DNA of 64,000 bases from contig CAZSTG010000002.1 in assembly GCA_964609895.1 (NCBI GenBank), positions 84,373 through 148,372 of the forward strand. Reading direction: 5' to 3'. The DNA is from an uncultured Gammaproteobacteria bacterium. GTDB taxonomy: Bacteria; Patescibacteriota; Microgenomatia; UBA10105; UBA927. Below the pieces are notes generated by a model. It had not been told where the DNA came from. It made no database searches and saw only the letters and a list, made by a program, of their open reading frames with translations. Positions within the stretch are counted from its first letter, which is position 1, and the number at the start of each line of letters is the position of its first letter. Below are positions 48,931 through 59,425 of the stretch, piece after piece. Both the position numbers and the translations under genes were made by a program.

Positions 48931-51063
48931 ATGAATACTGTTTCACTTCAGTCCGTTTTTTCGCCCAAATCCATTGCTTTGGTCGGAGCCTCAGCCAAAC
49001 AGGGTAGTGTCGGGAATAATCTCATGAAGAATCTGGTTGGGAACGGTTTTTCCGGCACGCTGTATGCGGTGAATCCGACGAGTCAGATGATCGAAGGGGT
49101 ACAGTCTGTTCCGTCACTTTCTTCTATCGGAAAACCTGTGGATCTTGCAATCATTGCCGTCAACGCGGGACTGGTCTTATCGGTGGTGGAAGAGGCGGGA
49201 AAATGCGGCATCAAAGGGCTTATCATTATTTCTGCCGGATTTAAGGAAGCAGGCGCAGAAGGAAAAGCGCGTGAAACGGAACTTGCAACATTGTGTGAAG
49301 AGTATGGCATTGCCATGATTGGGCCAAATTGTCTGGGAGTTTTGCATCCGTCATTGGGTCTCAACGCATCATTTGCACCACTCATGCCAAAGAGTGGACC
49401 CATGGCGTTTATTTCCCAAAGCGGTGCGTTAGGGACGGCTGTTATTGATTTTGCACGGGATCTTGATATCGGTTTTTCAACCTTCATCAGCATGGGAAAC
49501 AAGGCAACGGTAGATGAAGTAGAACTCTTGTCCTATTTTGAAACAGACGAGGAAACGAAAGTTATTCTTATGTATGTTGAAGACATCAAAGACGCAGCAG
49601 CATTTGTCCGTGTTGCCAAACGCATTACACACGGAAGTCATGCAAAGCCCATTATATTTCTTAAAGCCGGAAGAACCAAAGCGGGAGCAACCGCATCAGT
49701 TTCCCATACCGGAGCTCTTGGAGGTAATGATGCCTATTATGATGCCATTGCATTTCAATCGGGTGCAATAAGAGCAACCACTATTCAGGAACTTTTTTCT
49801 AATGCGTTGATGTTTGCCCATAACCCACTGCCAAAAGGGAACAATGTGGCAGTGATTACGAATGCAGGGGGACCAGGAGTCTTGATGACAGACACTGCTG
49901 TATTATCTGGTCTTTCCATGGCAACACTTCAAGAACAAACAGTAACGAAGTTAAAAGAAGTACTCCCCATGTGTGCAAACTGCTTAAATCCCATTGACGT
50001 TTTAGGAGATGCCAAAAGCGATCGGTATGAGGCGGCATTCAGCGCAATATCAAGAGATTTAGGTGTTGATAGTTTGCTTGTGTTGTTAACACCACAAGCA
50101 GGCACGGAGATTGAGCGCACTGCAGAAAAAATCATTGCACTCAAAAAAACAATTACAAAATCAATTGGTGTGTCGTTTGTTGGAGGACCGTTAGTTGCTC
50201 CAGGTATGAATTTACTTCGGAAGGAAAATGTTGCCGCATTTTCATATCCGGAGGACGCCTCGCGTGCACTTGCAACCGTGACAGAATTTGCACTTGAAAA
50301 GAATCGAAGTGTTGATGAAACACCACAAACATTTACTGATGTTAACAAGAAAGACACAACAGAGATTTTGTCTTCATACGGGAAGACACAAAAAGAATTG
50401 TTGCCTGAGAAAAAAGCACATGAAGTATTAAAAGCGTATGGGTTTCCAGTGCTTGCGTCTTCCATTGTGACAAAACGGGAAGATCTGGTTTTGGCGGTAC
50501 AAACAATGGGAGTACCTGTAGCAATGAAGATTATTTCTCCTGATATTACGCACAAAAGTGATGTTGGGGGAATTGCCTTACACGTAACGGCAGAAGACAT
50601 AGAGGCAAAATATGACGTGATGATGGAGACGGTGGCTAAAAATGCGCCATCTGCAAAACTTGAGGGAGTACTTTTAGTAGAAATGGCGCCTTCTGGTGGT
50701 ATCGAGCTTATATTAGGCGTGAATCGTCAAAAAGGATTTGGAACAGCCATTATGGTAGGGCTTGGTGGAATATATGTTGAAGCGTTTAAGGATGTGGCCT
50801 TTGGGATTTCGCCTATCAGCCATGATGATGCGGAAAGCATGGTCAAACGGTTACATGTGAACACCATACTGAAAGGAGTTCGTGGAAAACCACCGATGGA
50901 TATTCCAAAACTTGTGGAGTTGATAGAGCGATTGTCACAACTTGTTGTTGACCACCCTGAAATAGTTGAACTGGATATTAATCCATTACTACTGCTTCCT
51001 GAAGGACAGGGTGGGAAAGTGTTGGATGTGCGGATTGCAGTGGAAAAAAGTGAAGCCAAATAA
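48931..51063 (+). CDS. ADP-forming acyl-CoA synthetase (fused CoA-binding, ligase-CoA and ATP-grasp domains)
   Basis: SIALVGASAKQGSVG (CoA-binding domain), succinyl-CoA-synthetase-like alpha and beta domains. 710 aa. Confidence 0.85.
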   Translation: MNTVSLQSVFSPKSIALVGASAKQGSVGNNLMKNLVGNGFSGTLYAVNPTSQMIEGVQSVPSLSSIGKPVDLAIIAVNAGLVLSVVEEAGKCGIKGLIIISAGFKEAGAEGKARETELATLCEEYGIAMIGPNCLGVLHPSLGLNASFAPLMPKSGPMAFISQSGALGTAVIDFARDLDIGFSTFISMGNKATVDEVELLSYFETDEETKVILMYVEDIKDAAAFVRVAKRITHGSHAKPIIFLKAGRTKAGATASVSHTGALGGNDAYYDAIAFQSGAIRATTIQELFSNALMFAHNPLPKGNNVAVITNAGGPGVLMTDTAVLSGLSMATLQEQTVTKLKEVLPMCANCLNPIDVLGDAKSDRYEAAFSAISRDLGVDSLLVLLTPQAGTEIERTAEKIIALKKTITKSIGVSFVGGPLVAPGMNLLRKENVAAFSYPEDASRALATVTEFALEKNRSVDETPQTFTDVNKKDTTEILSSYGKTQKELLPEKKAHEVLKAYGFPVLASSIVTKREDLVLAVQTMGVPVAMKIISPDITHKSDVGGIALHVTAEDIEAKYDVMMETVAKNAPSAKLEGVLLVEMAPSGGIELILGVNRQKGFGTAIMVGLGGIYVEAFKDVAFGISPISHDDAESMVKRLHVNTILKGVRGKPPMDIPKLVELIERLSQLVVDHPEIVELDINPLLLLPEGQGGKVLDVRIAVEKSEAK

Positions 51064-51081
51064 GAACGCGCGAGCAGTGAA

Positions 51082-51112
51082 GGTGCCAGATTTGGCAATA
51101 CAATCTGGCACC
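51082..51112. terminator. bidirectional hairpin (GGTGCCAGA / TCTGGCACC, 13-nt loop) between convergent genes
   Basis: 9-bp perfect stem read directly, between the acyl-CoA synthetase (+) and 51135..51785 (-). Confidence 0.4.
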
Positions 51113-51134
51113 CTATCCATAGAATGTGTGTTGA

Positions 51135-51785
51135 TTATCCCGCAGCCTCCCGTAATTTTTTTTCAATACTTTCCTGAATTTTTGCTTTTATTTCGTCAAT
51201 TGTTGAGCAGAAATTTGTCGGCGTAGCTACAGCTAAGCTTCCATCAAATCGACCTGGATAGACATCGATTGTCCATATCTCTTTGTTGTTGAGCACGATG
51301 GTACATGTTTTGTATACTGTTGTTTTGTATAAGGTATCATATAAAGCACCATGTGCTCTGGGCTGGTCCTGTATATCAACTGGTCCTTCAAAATCATGTT
51401 GTCCGCTAGCATGTTGATCCCAACCGGCAATATCATCAAAATAACTGGATCGCAGATTTGAGATACTCGTCGTTTTAACAAAACTCCACTTGATAGCAAG
51501 GTGTTGATGCTCCTTCTGCAGAGCCTGTTGCAGTTGAAGAAGATAGTTATTAATCAGGGCAACCTGGGTGTCTAAACGTTTTGGTGCTTGTTTTTTTATT
51601 TCATCGTTTTTTTGTTTTTTCTCTTCCTCCTCTTTTTGGTGTTTCTGCTCTTGCTGCTTGAGGGCAAAATAAAGCATTGGGTTTTCTTTTCTCAAGTCAC
51701 GTTTTGGCCTGGGTGTTACAGCCGGTTTAATCCACGAAAAATCATTACCATTTCCGTTACTATTCTGATCCGACATTTCCCACAT
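51135..51785 (-). CDS. hypothetical protein
   Basis: 216 aa with a K/E/Q-rich N-terminus and a structured C-terminal half. Confidence 0.45.
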   Translation of the reverse strand: MWEMSDQNSNGNGNDFSWIKPAVTPRPKRDLRKENPMLYFALKQQEQKHQKEEEEKKQKNDEIKKQAPKRLDTQVALINNYLLQLQQALQKEHQHLAIKWSFVKTTSISNLRSSYFDDIAGWDQHASGQHDFEGPVDIQDQPRAHGALYDTLYKTTVYKTCTIVLNNKEIWTIDVYPGRFDGSLAVATPTNFCSTIDEIKAKIQESIEKKLREAAG

Positions 51786-51937
51786 CCTTTCACTGTTATA
51801 TATGGATTTTGCGTTCTTATTTGGCTTTTGAAAAGAGCAAAAAGCCAGACGACAATTTTCTCTGCTAGTAGAGAAGCTTCATTTGGTTTGAGCAGTGGCG
51901 TTAGTATAGGATAAAATCGCGGTCGAATGCAACCAAA

Positions 51938-53434
51938 TCAGATAAATGAAGAGCCCGTCATTTCATTCGGTTTTTCGATTCCCAACATTTCAAGAATTGT
52001 GGGAGCAATATCGGCGAGGGTCAGACCCTCTCTGGTTATTTTTTTGTATGTATTGTTGACGAGAATGAGAGGAACGGGATTCGTACTGTGACTGGTGATC
52101 ATTTCTCCAGTTTTTTCATTTTTCATTTCATCTGCGTTTCCATGGTCAGCCGTGATGATGATAGAATAGCCATGCTCTAGCGCTTTTGGAACAAGAGTGC
52201 TAAGCGCAGTATCAATTGCTTCAATTCCTTGTATGGTTGCTTCCATGTTTCCTGTGTGTCCGACCATGTCGGCGTTACACATATTGGTGGCAATGAATTG
52301 GTGTTTTTCTCCTTCGATATCTTCAAGAATTTCTTTGGCGATATCAGGTGTCCGCATCTCGGGTCGCTCATCATGTGTTTTGATATCAGAGTAGGAGTCG
52401 AGGAGGATGCGATCTTCTCCTTCAAAGGCATCCAACTTTTTGCTGTTAAAGAAATAGGTGAGGTGATTGAATTTTTCTGTTTCCGTGATTCTGAGTTCTT
52501 TCACATGATTTTTTCCTAGTGTCTCACCAAGCGTGTTCGTCACTGTCTCAGGAGGGAAGGCGACAGGACAAGCAAATTCCTCTCTATATTGTGTCATGGC
52601 AACAAACAAAAGGTTATTGATGTGTGCATCCAGTGTTTTTTTCGTCAGTTCTACTGCACGGTCCGAACGAAAGTTTACGAATATGACTGCGTCACCTTCT
52701 TTGTACGTGCAAGCGTTACCAATGATGCACGGTTTGATAAATTCATCTGTTTCGTTGTTTTTGTAGGAAGATTCCATTGCCTCTAGCACTGTGTTGTATT
52801 GAGTGCCAACGCCATGTGCAAGTGCGTTCCATGCGATATCAATTCTGTCCCAGTTGGTATCTCTATCCATTGCATAATACCTGCCAGTGATGCTTGCAAC
52901 TTTTCCAACACCGATTGTTTTCATTTGTTCCTCAAGATCCAAAAGATACTGTTTACCACTTGTTGGCGCAGTATCACGTCCGTCCATGAATGCGTGGGCC
53001 ACGACATTCTGTATGCCGTGATGTTTTGCCATTTCAAGCAATGCATACATATGGGTAGAGTAGGAATGGACTCCGCCTGGACCAATGAGACCTTGAAGAT
53101 GGAGCGTACCACCAGTCTTTTTTACATGCTCCATTGCACCTACGAGTGCCGGATTTTCAAAAAATGTTTTGTCTTCAATTGCCTTGTTTATTTTTACGAG
53201 ATCTTGGTAAATAATACGTCCTGCCCCAATGACCATGTGATTGACTTCGCTTGTTCCCATTTGTCCCTCAGGAAGCCCAACCGCGATTCCTGATGCTGGA
53301 ATAATTGCATGGGGATATTGATTCCACAACGCATCAAATGTTGGTTTGTTGGCAAGGGCAATGGCGTTCCCTTCCTTTTCTTCTCGATACCCCCAGCCGT
53401 CCATGATTACAAGAAGCACTTTGTTTGTTGTCAT
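51938..53434 (-). CDS. gpmI: 2,3-bisphosphoglycerate-independent phosphoglycerate mutase
   Basis: VLLVIMDGWGY and ITADHGN motifs. Contains a copy of the GAGGGTCAGACCCTC palindrome, encoding GLTLAD. Confidence 0.9.
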   Translation of the reverse strand: MTTNKVLLVIMDGWGYREEKEGNAIALANKPTFDALWNQYPHAIIPASGIAVGLPEGQMGTSEVNHMVIGAGRIIYQDLVKINKAIEDKTFFENPALVGAMEHVKKTGGTLHLQGLIGPGGVHSYSTHMYALLEMAKHHGIQNVVAHAFMDGRDTAPTSGKQYLLDLEEQMKTIGVGKVASITGRYYAMDRDTNWDRIDIAWNALAHGVGTQYNTVLEAMESSYKNNETDEFIKPCIIGNACTYKEGDAVIFVNFRSDRAVELTKKTLDAHINNLLFVAMTQYREEFACPVAFPPETVTNTLGETLGKNHVKELRITETEKFNHLTYFFNSKKLDAFEGEDRILLDSYSDIKTHDERPEMRTPDIAKEILEDIEGEKHQFIATNMCNADMVGHTGNMEATIQGIEAIDTALSTLVPKALEHGYSIIITADHGNADEMKNEKTGEMITSHSTNPVPLILVNNTYKKITREGLTLADIAPTILEMLGIEKPNEMTGSSFI

Positions 53435-53439
53435 ACTAG

Positions 53440-54693
53440 TTATTGTAACTGTTCTTCAATGCGGATGAGCCTATTGTATTTTGCTAGTCGTTCCCCTCGA
53501 TCAGGCCCTCCGAATTTACTTTGCTTAGAAGTTCCCACAACGAGATCTGCAATGAAATCGTCATTGGTTTCGCCACCTCTATGCGAGACAACGGTTGTGT
53601 ATCCTGCCTTATGTGCAAGTGTTATTGCATCCAGTGTTTCAGAGACTGTTCCAATCTGATTGACCTTGATGAGGACGCTGTTGACTGCTTTTTTGTCAAT
53701 GGCCGTCTGGATGTGTTTGACGTTTGTTGTTAAGAGATCATCTCCTACAATTTGATGGTCTTTGCCAATTGCACTCGTAAAATATGTCCATTCATCCCAG
53801 TCAGACTCGCTATGCATATCCTCAAGTGACCAGATGGGATATTTCTTTGTCCAGTCAATGACTTTTTCTGTCCATTGTCTGGAAGTGAGTTTTGTGTTTC
53901 CCTCACTTTTTAAGGTGTAGGTGCCACCTTCGTAAAATTCTGATGAGGCAGCATCAAGTCCCAAGACTACTTCATCTCCCATTTTGTATCCTGCTTTTTC
54001 TGTTGCCTCAATCATGAGTTGAAACGCTTCCTCATTGGATTTCATTTCCATTGGACAAAACGCGCCTTCGTATCCAACACCGGTTGCGTAGTGTTTATCT
54101 GCAAGAATTTTTTCTAATGCATGAAAAATTTCTGCTCCTGCCCGAAGAGATTCTTTAAATGTTGAGAATCGTTCTTTCTTTGGAACAACAAAATATTCTT
54201 GACAATCTGTTGACCAGTTTCCGTGTTTGCCTCCTTCAAGGACTAAGAGGAGCGGTTGGGGGAGAACAAATGTTGTATTGCCGACAAGAGATCCAAGGTA
54301 TCTGTAGAGCGGCATATGTTGTGACATGGCTGCAGCGCGTGCGGCTGCCATGGAGACAGCAACGATTGCGTTGCCGCCAAGCTTGCCTTTATTTTCTGTT
54401 CCATCTGCTTCAATCATCAATGTGTCAAGGTTTCTTTGGTTTGTTACATCCTGACCAACAACAACTTTTGTAAGTTCTGTGTTGACGTTTTCCACTGCTT
54501 TGAGGACTCCTTTGCCAAAATATCTTGTCTTGTCACCATCTCGAAGTTCTACGGCTTCTGTAGAGCCAGTAGATGCTCCAGATGGTACGGATGCTGTAGC
54601 TGTGATATCGTTTTCCAGTGTGAGATCAACTTCTATGGTAGGGTGGCCTTTAGAGTCAAGAATTTCTCTGGCGTGTAGGTTTTTGATGTTCAT
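53440..54693 (-). CDS. eno: enolase
   Basis: REILDSKGHPTIEVD, SHRSGETED-like SHRGGETND, and the lysine-containing VNQIGT motif. Confidence 0.95.
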   Translation of the reverse strand: MNIKNLHAREILDSKGHPTIEVDLTLENDITATASVPSGASTGSTEAVELRDGDKTRYFGKGVLKAVENVNTELTKVVVGQDVTNQRNLDTLMIEADGTENKGKLGGNAIVAVSMAAARAAAMSQHMPLYRYLGSLVGNTTFVLPQPLLLVLEGGKHGNWSTDCQEYFVVPKKERFSTFKESLRAGAEIFHALEKILADKHYATGVGYEGAFCPMEMKSNEEAFQLMIEATEKAGYKMGDEVVLGLDAASSEFYEGGTYTLKSEGNTKLTSRQWTEKVIDWTKKYPIWSLEDMHSESDWDEWTYFTSAIGKDHQIVGDDLLTTNVKHIQTAIDKKAVNSVLIKVNQIGTVSETLDAITLAHKAGYTTVVSHRGGETNDDFIADLVVGTSKQSKFGGPDRGERLAKYNRLIRIEEQLQ

Positions 54694-54788
54694 GGGTTTC
54701 TCCTTATAAAAAATAAAAATATAAACGAATTATGGTCGATTACAAAAAGTATATCTGGTTTGAGAGTGAGCCGCAATGCGGCAAGGTG

Positions 54789-55106
54789 ATGTATGGGTGT
54801 ATACTATGTGTAGTGAAAAAGTTTTTCTATTGGTTACCACGAATTCTTGCTATTTTGTATATTTGTTTTTTCAGTGTGTTTGCCCTTGATGTATTTGGTG
54901 AGCCTCAGTGGCCGCTTGCACTGTTTATGCATTTGATTCCAAGCATGGTGTTGTTGACCATGACAATAGTTGCTTGGAAGAAGGAGCGAGTAGGTGGAAT
55001 TTTGTTTTTCCTTGCGGGTGTTTTTATACTTGTGTTTTATCATACTCTTTGGATGGCGCTCCCTGCGTTTGCCATTAGTTTTCTTCTGTTGATCAAAAAA
55101 AAGTGA
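54789..55106 (+). CDS. hypothetical small membrane protein
   Basis: ORF 54732..55106 with 3-4 TM helices; start uncertain. Followed by a degenerate palindrome copy at 55125-55143. Confidence 0.4.
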   Translation: MYGCILCVVKKFFYWLPRILAILYICFFSVFALDVFGEPQWPLALFMHLIPSMVLLTMTIVAWKKERVGGILFFLAGVFILVFYHTLWMALPAFAISFLLLIKKK

Positions 55107-55197
55107 TACACTTTCTTTCCTCAGGAGAGGGTCAGATCCTTGTGAAATGTAATGTATACTTGACAAAATGTAAAGAATATATTACATTATTCCCTAT

Positions 55198-55596
55198 ATG
55201 AACCTAAAAAAATATAAGCAACTTCGTGCGGCAGTTGCGTTTTTTGTCGCCGCCCTCGTATCAATTTCAGTGACCAGCAAAACATATTTGCTTGCCATAG
55301 CGGCAACTGTTACGGGAATGCTATTTTTGACGTTTGTGCGATCAAAGGTAAAAATTATCATTGACGAACGGGAAAAGACAATGAGGGAAAAAGCCGCGCA
55401 GATGACCTATGCGATTTTTACTCCGACCATCGGATTCGGCGCACTGCTTTTGACGATGTTTGCGCGTGACGAATATCCATATCTTCAATCACTTGGTATT
55501 GTGTTTTCCTATCTGACGTTGTTTTTGATTGCACTGTATTCTATTTCATTTTTTATTCTCAACCGGCAGATGGGAGGGGGCAGCGATGAAGAATAA
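55198..55596 (+). CDS. membrane protein (DUF2178-like partner of an XRE regulator)
   Basis: 132 aa with 4 TM helices. Overlaps the downstream HTH gene by 11 nt. Confidence 0.5.
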   Translation: MNLKKYKQLRAAVAFFVAALVSISVTSKTYLLAIAATVTGMLFLTFVRSKVKIIIDEREKTMREKAAQMTYAIFTPTIGFGALLLTMFARDEYPYLQSLGIVFSYLTLFLIALYSISFFILNRQMGGGSDEE

Positions 55597-55795
55597 AATA
55601 AAAATATACCGCGCGACTTTGGGGTTGACACAGGAAGAACTGGGAGAAAAAATCGGTGTTACGAGACAGACAGTGATTGCGATAGAGAATGATAAATATC
55701 TGCCGTCGCTCGGACTCGCGTTAAAAATTGCCCGGTTATTCCACAGTGCAGTTGAAGATGTATTTATATATGAAGACAAGGAGGAATCAGTATGA
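55586..55795 (+). CDS. XRE-family helix-turn-helix transcriptional regulator
   Basis: LGLTQEELGEKIGVTRQTVIAIENDKYLPSL is an HTH_3 signature. GGGAGGGGG precedes the ATG at 55586. Confidence 0.75.
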   Translation: MKNKIKIYRATLGLTQEELGEKIGVTRQTVIAIENDKYLPSLGLALKIARLFHSAVEDVFIYEDKEESV

Positions 55796-56190
55796 AAGCG
55801 ATGCTGAAAACTGTGTTGTATCTGGGTGCTATAGGCATCAGTTTGTTTCTTCTTATATTTGTGATTTCTTGTACATGGATCGGATTTGATGTGAAGGCGC
55901 AGTGTCAGACGGCAACGCGTGCCTACGGAGGGGATTGCGTCACAGCACTCAGTACCTTGCTTTCGGATGAACATCGGGGTTTTCGTGAACGGAATAATGC
56001 AATTTGGGCACTTGGGCAACTTGGCGATAGTCGTGCGTATCCATTGCTGTCTAAGATGTATACAGGAAATATTCCTGACCGCGAGCCGTTGGATGGGATG
56101 ATCAGTCAATATGAGCTGAAGAAGGCGGTTGCACTCACAAACGGCGGATTCAACATGACCGCCGTCTTCTGGCGGTACGACATCCGATAA
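55792..56190 (+). CDS. membrane-anchored HEAT/PBS-lyase repeat protein
   Basis: NAIWALGQLGDSRAYPLL is a HEAT-like repeat. ATGA start/stop overlap with the XRE gene. Confidence 0.5.
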   Translation: MKAMLKTVLYLGAIGISLFLLIFVISCTWIGFDVKAQCQTATRAYGGDCVTALSTLLSDEHRGFRERNNAIWALGQLGDSRAYPLLSKMYTGNIPDREPLDGMISQYELKKAVALTNGGFNMTAVFWRYDIR

Positions 56191-56235
56191 CGCTTCGCGA
56201 CCGGTTTCGGAGAGGCAATCTTTTTTTGTGCTATC

Positions 56236-57339
56236 ATGAATGGCATGAACAGAAAAAAACTCCTTGTTTGGTTGTTTTGGATATGCGGGGTATTCCTGTT
56301 TGATGGCCTCGTCGGTCATTTTTATCTGCAAAAAACACACCGACAGTATTTTTTTGACGCATGGGAAAAAGAGCGCGGCAACGTCAACCGGGTTTCCGAC
56401 AGTATGTTTCACCACGGCCTCGTGCCCAACACAACAGTGCAGTATCGATGGAACTACAGTGATCTGTATCCCATATATGTCAACTCGCTCGGTCTGCTGG
56501 ACAAGGAAATCCGTTTTATTCCCAAGACGACAGATAGGCATAGAATTCTTTTCTTAGGTGATTCATTCACGGAGGGGTTAGGGTATCCATATGAAAAAAC
56601 ATTTGTCGGACGGATAGCTCAGGCATTAGGAGACGGGCAATACGATGTGTTAAACGGCGGACTCATGACGTATTCTCCAAAACTGTATTTGGAAAAAGCA
56701 AAATACATCATCGATTCTCAGGAGATACAGGTAGATGAAGTTGTCATCCTTCTTGATCTGTCGGATATTCATAATGAAGCCTATAAATACAGGGATTTCC
56801 AACCGGTTGAAGATACCAATATAGCAGGCGCAGCGCAGATGGTTGTTCGCCATTCATTTTTTGACAAGGCAAAGGGAGTGATTATTGATAATTCATTGTT
56901 GGTCAATTCCTTATACACCATCACGGTGCGGAAAAAGGAAGAGGAACAGATTCTCGCCCGTTTGTATCCCTATCAGACAGACTATCAGGCGTGGACGTAC
57001 GATGAGGAACAGTTTGCCGCGTATGGGGAAACCGGACTTACCTTGTGCAGAACGTATTTGTCGGAACTCGTCGCCTTTTTACGAAGTCATACAGTCTCAA
57101 CCATTACGCTTGTTGTATATCCATGGCCGCAGCAGATCGCCCGCGATACAGTGGATTCCATACAGGTGAACTACTGGCAGGCCTTTGCTGAAGAACAGCA
57201 TATTGCCTTTGTCAATTTGTTTCCGCAGTTTTTTTCCTATCAGCAAAAGGAGAATCTGTACAACGCTGATAATCATTTTAACGAGCGGGGGCATCAGGTT
57301 GTGGCTGACGTTCTGATACAAGCCATTGCTGCCAAATAA
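56236..57339 (+). CDS. membrane-anchored SGNH/GDSL hydrolase family protein (paralog 5)
   Basis: ILFLGDSFTEGLG and DNHFNERGH, with an N-terminal TM. Confidence 0.65.
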   Translation: MNGMNRKKLLVWLFWICGVFLFDGLVGHFYLQKTHRQYFFDAWEKERGNVNRVSDSMFHHGLVPNTTVQYRWNYSDLYPIYVNSLGLLDKEIRFIPKTTDRHRILFLGDSFTEGLGYPYEKTFVGRIAQALGDGQYDVLNGGLMTYSPKLYLEKAKYIIDSQEIQVDEVVILLDLSDIHNEAYKYRDFQPVEDTNIAGAAQMVVRHSFFDKAKGVIIDNSLLVNSLYTITVRKKEEEQILARLYPYQTDYQAWTYDEEQFAAYGETGLTLCRTYLSELVAFLRSHTVSTITLVVYPWPQQIARDTVDSIQVNYWQAFAEEQHIAFVNLFPQFFSYQQKENLYNADNHFNERGHQVVADVLIQAIAAK

Positions 57340-57379
57340 CAGCTATAGTAGTAATGTATTTTGCACGTACTGTATATCC

Positions 57380-58834
57380 ATGACATCACGCAGATTCCAT
57401 ATAAAACACATAGACGTGTGTATCGTGGTCGCGTTATTTGTTTTTTCTTTTTTGATCAGGCTGCCGCTTGTAAAGGAAAACGCATTGGGATTTTTTAGCG
57501 ATGAGACACGGTACAACAATTACCTGACTGATGCGTTTGATACGTCCGTGATAGAGGAGGATTTTCACAGATTCTGGAAATCCGTTTTTGACATACACGC
57601 GCGTCCTGCATACGGCGTGTTGTATTTGCCTTCGTTATACTTTACCAATATCACACATAATAATTTGTTCGGCCCCATATATAATCTTGTGTTAAATTCC
57701 TTTTGTATTGTTTTGCTGTTTTTTATCGTAAAAAAAGCTTTTTCCTATAAAGCGGCGTTGTTAAGTACAGGTCTTTTTCTATTTTCCATGACCTCTGTGT
57801 CATATGTTCGGCATATGCTTCCGTATGACGGCGCATTGCTGTTTTATCTTTTGGGGCTGTGTATATATGTCTATTCGCGTGCGTGGTTTTTTTTCGGTGT
57901 ATGTATGGGCATGTCTTTTGCAGTATATCCGGGAAATTATTTTTATATCGTGCCGATTCCGTTTCTGCTGCTTTTCTGTTCGCCCGGTACGTCATGGAGT
58001 ATGAAACTCAGGCGGTTCGTGACATTTGCGGCGGGTCTGGCGGTTGTTTTGGTGGCATTTGAATATCTGTCTGTTTTTCTCGAAAAGCCCATGTCCTATA
58101 TACAGACGGCGATACGACTTTCGCGTACGGTAATACAAGGCGACTTTATTCCCGCATTGAAATTCATTGTGCAGTACGTATATGCAAATGACGGATTTTT
58201 TGGTATAAGTATTGTCGCCGCAGCTATACTTTCATTGTTTTTTCTGCAGAGATCACAGGGAAATAATCGTTACAGGGCGATGGTGTCGTTTTATATGATA
58301 GGTGTGTATCTCATTATGGAGATCATGTCTTTTGGTACACACAGCATGGTGCTATACGGAAGAACAGTACGGATTCTGTATCTCTGTATGATGGTGTCTG
58401 TTTCCGTATGGTTGGCTGAGAGGTTGCGTTATGGTTTCCTTGTGATGTTCGTGCTGTTGGTTTTGGCGGTGCACTGGATTTTGCGATACAGCGCGTATGT
58501 CGCCGTTGTATATCCGAACGATTTTCTATCCCGCGTTTCATCATTGTACGTTTCCAGTGCTCCTCTGAACGTCATTTCTTCCGGTAAGGAGCAGACAGAT
58601 GACGACGATCGACTGGTTTTCAGGAACATCAATCAATTCTATATAACCAATATCGGGTTTCTCTATCCGTATTACGGGGTAAAAAAAATTGACTGTAAGG
58701 ACAAAATTGTATTACTGCATGCACCGTATCCGCTGGCAGCGTACACACCGTATCTGTTTGAGGGATTTTCAGAAGCGGAACGCAGGAGTTTTTTCCGTGA
58801 TCCGCCGCAGTATCAGTTTCTTTACTGCCGGTAG
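57380..58834 (+). CDS. large polytopic membrane protein (GT-C-like glycosyltransferase or polymerase, speculative)
   Basis: ORF 57326..58834 with at least 10 TM helices and aromatic-rich loops. Directly downstream of SGNH paralog 5. Confidence 0.45.
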   Translation: MTSRRFHIKHIDVCIVVALFVFSFLIRLPLVKENALGFFSDETRYNNYLTDAFDTSVIEEDFHRFWKSVFDIHARPAYGVLYLPSLYFTNITHNNLFGPIYNLVLNSFCIVLLFFIVKKAFSYKAALLSTGLFLFSMTSVSYVRHMLPYDGALLFYLLGLCIYVYSRAWFFFGVCMGMSFAVYPGNYFYIVPIPFLLLFCSPGTSWSMKLRRFVTFAAGLAVVLVAFEYLSVFLEKPMSYIQTAIRLSRTVIQGDFIPALKFIVQYVYANDGFFGISIVAAAILSLFFLQRSQGNNRYRAMVSFYMIGVYLIMEIMSFGTHSMVLYGRTVRILYLCMMVSVSVWLAERLRYGFLVMFVLLVLAVHWILRYSAYVAVVYPNDFLSRVSSLYVSSAPLNVISSGKEQTDDDDRLVFRNINQFYITNIGFLYPYYGVKKIDCKDKIVLLHAPYPLAAYTPYLFEGFSEAERRSFFRDPPQYQFLYCR

Positions 58835-58836
58835 CA

Positions 58837-59331
58837 TTATTGGGCGGGCGGGGACAGCTCCAGAAATGTGTAGGTGTATCCGTTTCCAAAGCCTTCTTTT
58901 CTTGACAGTTCTCTGGAAAATCTTGCGTAGTCTGGGAAAAAAGTATCAGCATCAGGGAAGTCTTGGTGTACTTCAGTAATGTATAGCTTGTCCGCAATAG
59001 TAATAGCTTGGGCATATAAGTTTGCGCCACCAATGATAAAGAGTTCTTTTTTCTCTTTTTCTTTTCCTAAGGCAATTGCCTCATCAAGTGAGTGAACAAT
59101 GAAAGATCCGTCCGTTGTTTTGAACGTGTCGTCTCTTGTAATAATGATATTAGGCCGTTCCGGTAGCGCATGCCCGATGGATTCATACGTTTTCCTGCCC
59201 ATAATGACGGCATGGCCACGCGTTTTACTGCGAAAGTGTTCCATATCCTCGGGAATATCCCAGAGAAGCCTGTTGTTTTTTCCAAGCTCTCGGTTTTTCC
59301 CTATGGCAGCAATGATAGAAAGTATAGGCAT
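58837..59331 (-). CDS. folA: dihydrofolate reductase
   Basis: ILSIIAAIGKNRELGKNNRLLWDIPEDMEHFRSKTRGHAVIMGRKTYESIG matches DHFR. ORF extends to 59352; start chosen at MPILSII. Confidence 0.85.
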   Translation of the reverse strand: MPILSIIAAIGKNRELGKNNRLLWDIPEDMEHFRSKTRGHAVIMGRKTYESIGHALPERPNIIITRDDTFKTTDGSFIVHSLDEAIALGKEKEKKELFIIGGANLYAQAITIADKLYITEVHQDFPDADTFFPDYARFSRELSRKEGFGNGYTYTFLELSPPAQ

Positions 59332-59425
59332 ACTAAGAAACCAATAAGCCAATAACTACCAATAATTCAATGAGCCAATGTGCCGTAATTTTTGTATTGG
59401 TCGGATTGGTAATTATTGGATTATT

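Noticed and set aside
55546-56541. 331-aa minus-strand ORF
   Set aside because: Antisense to three consecutive well-supported plus-strand genes (XRE regulator, HEAT protein, SGNH paralog 5). Cys/His-rich random-looking sequence.
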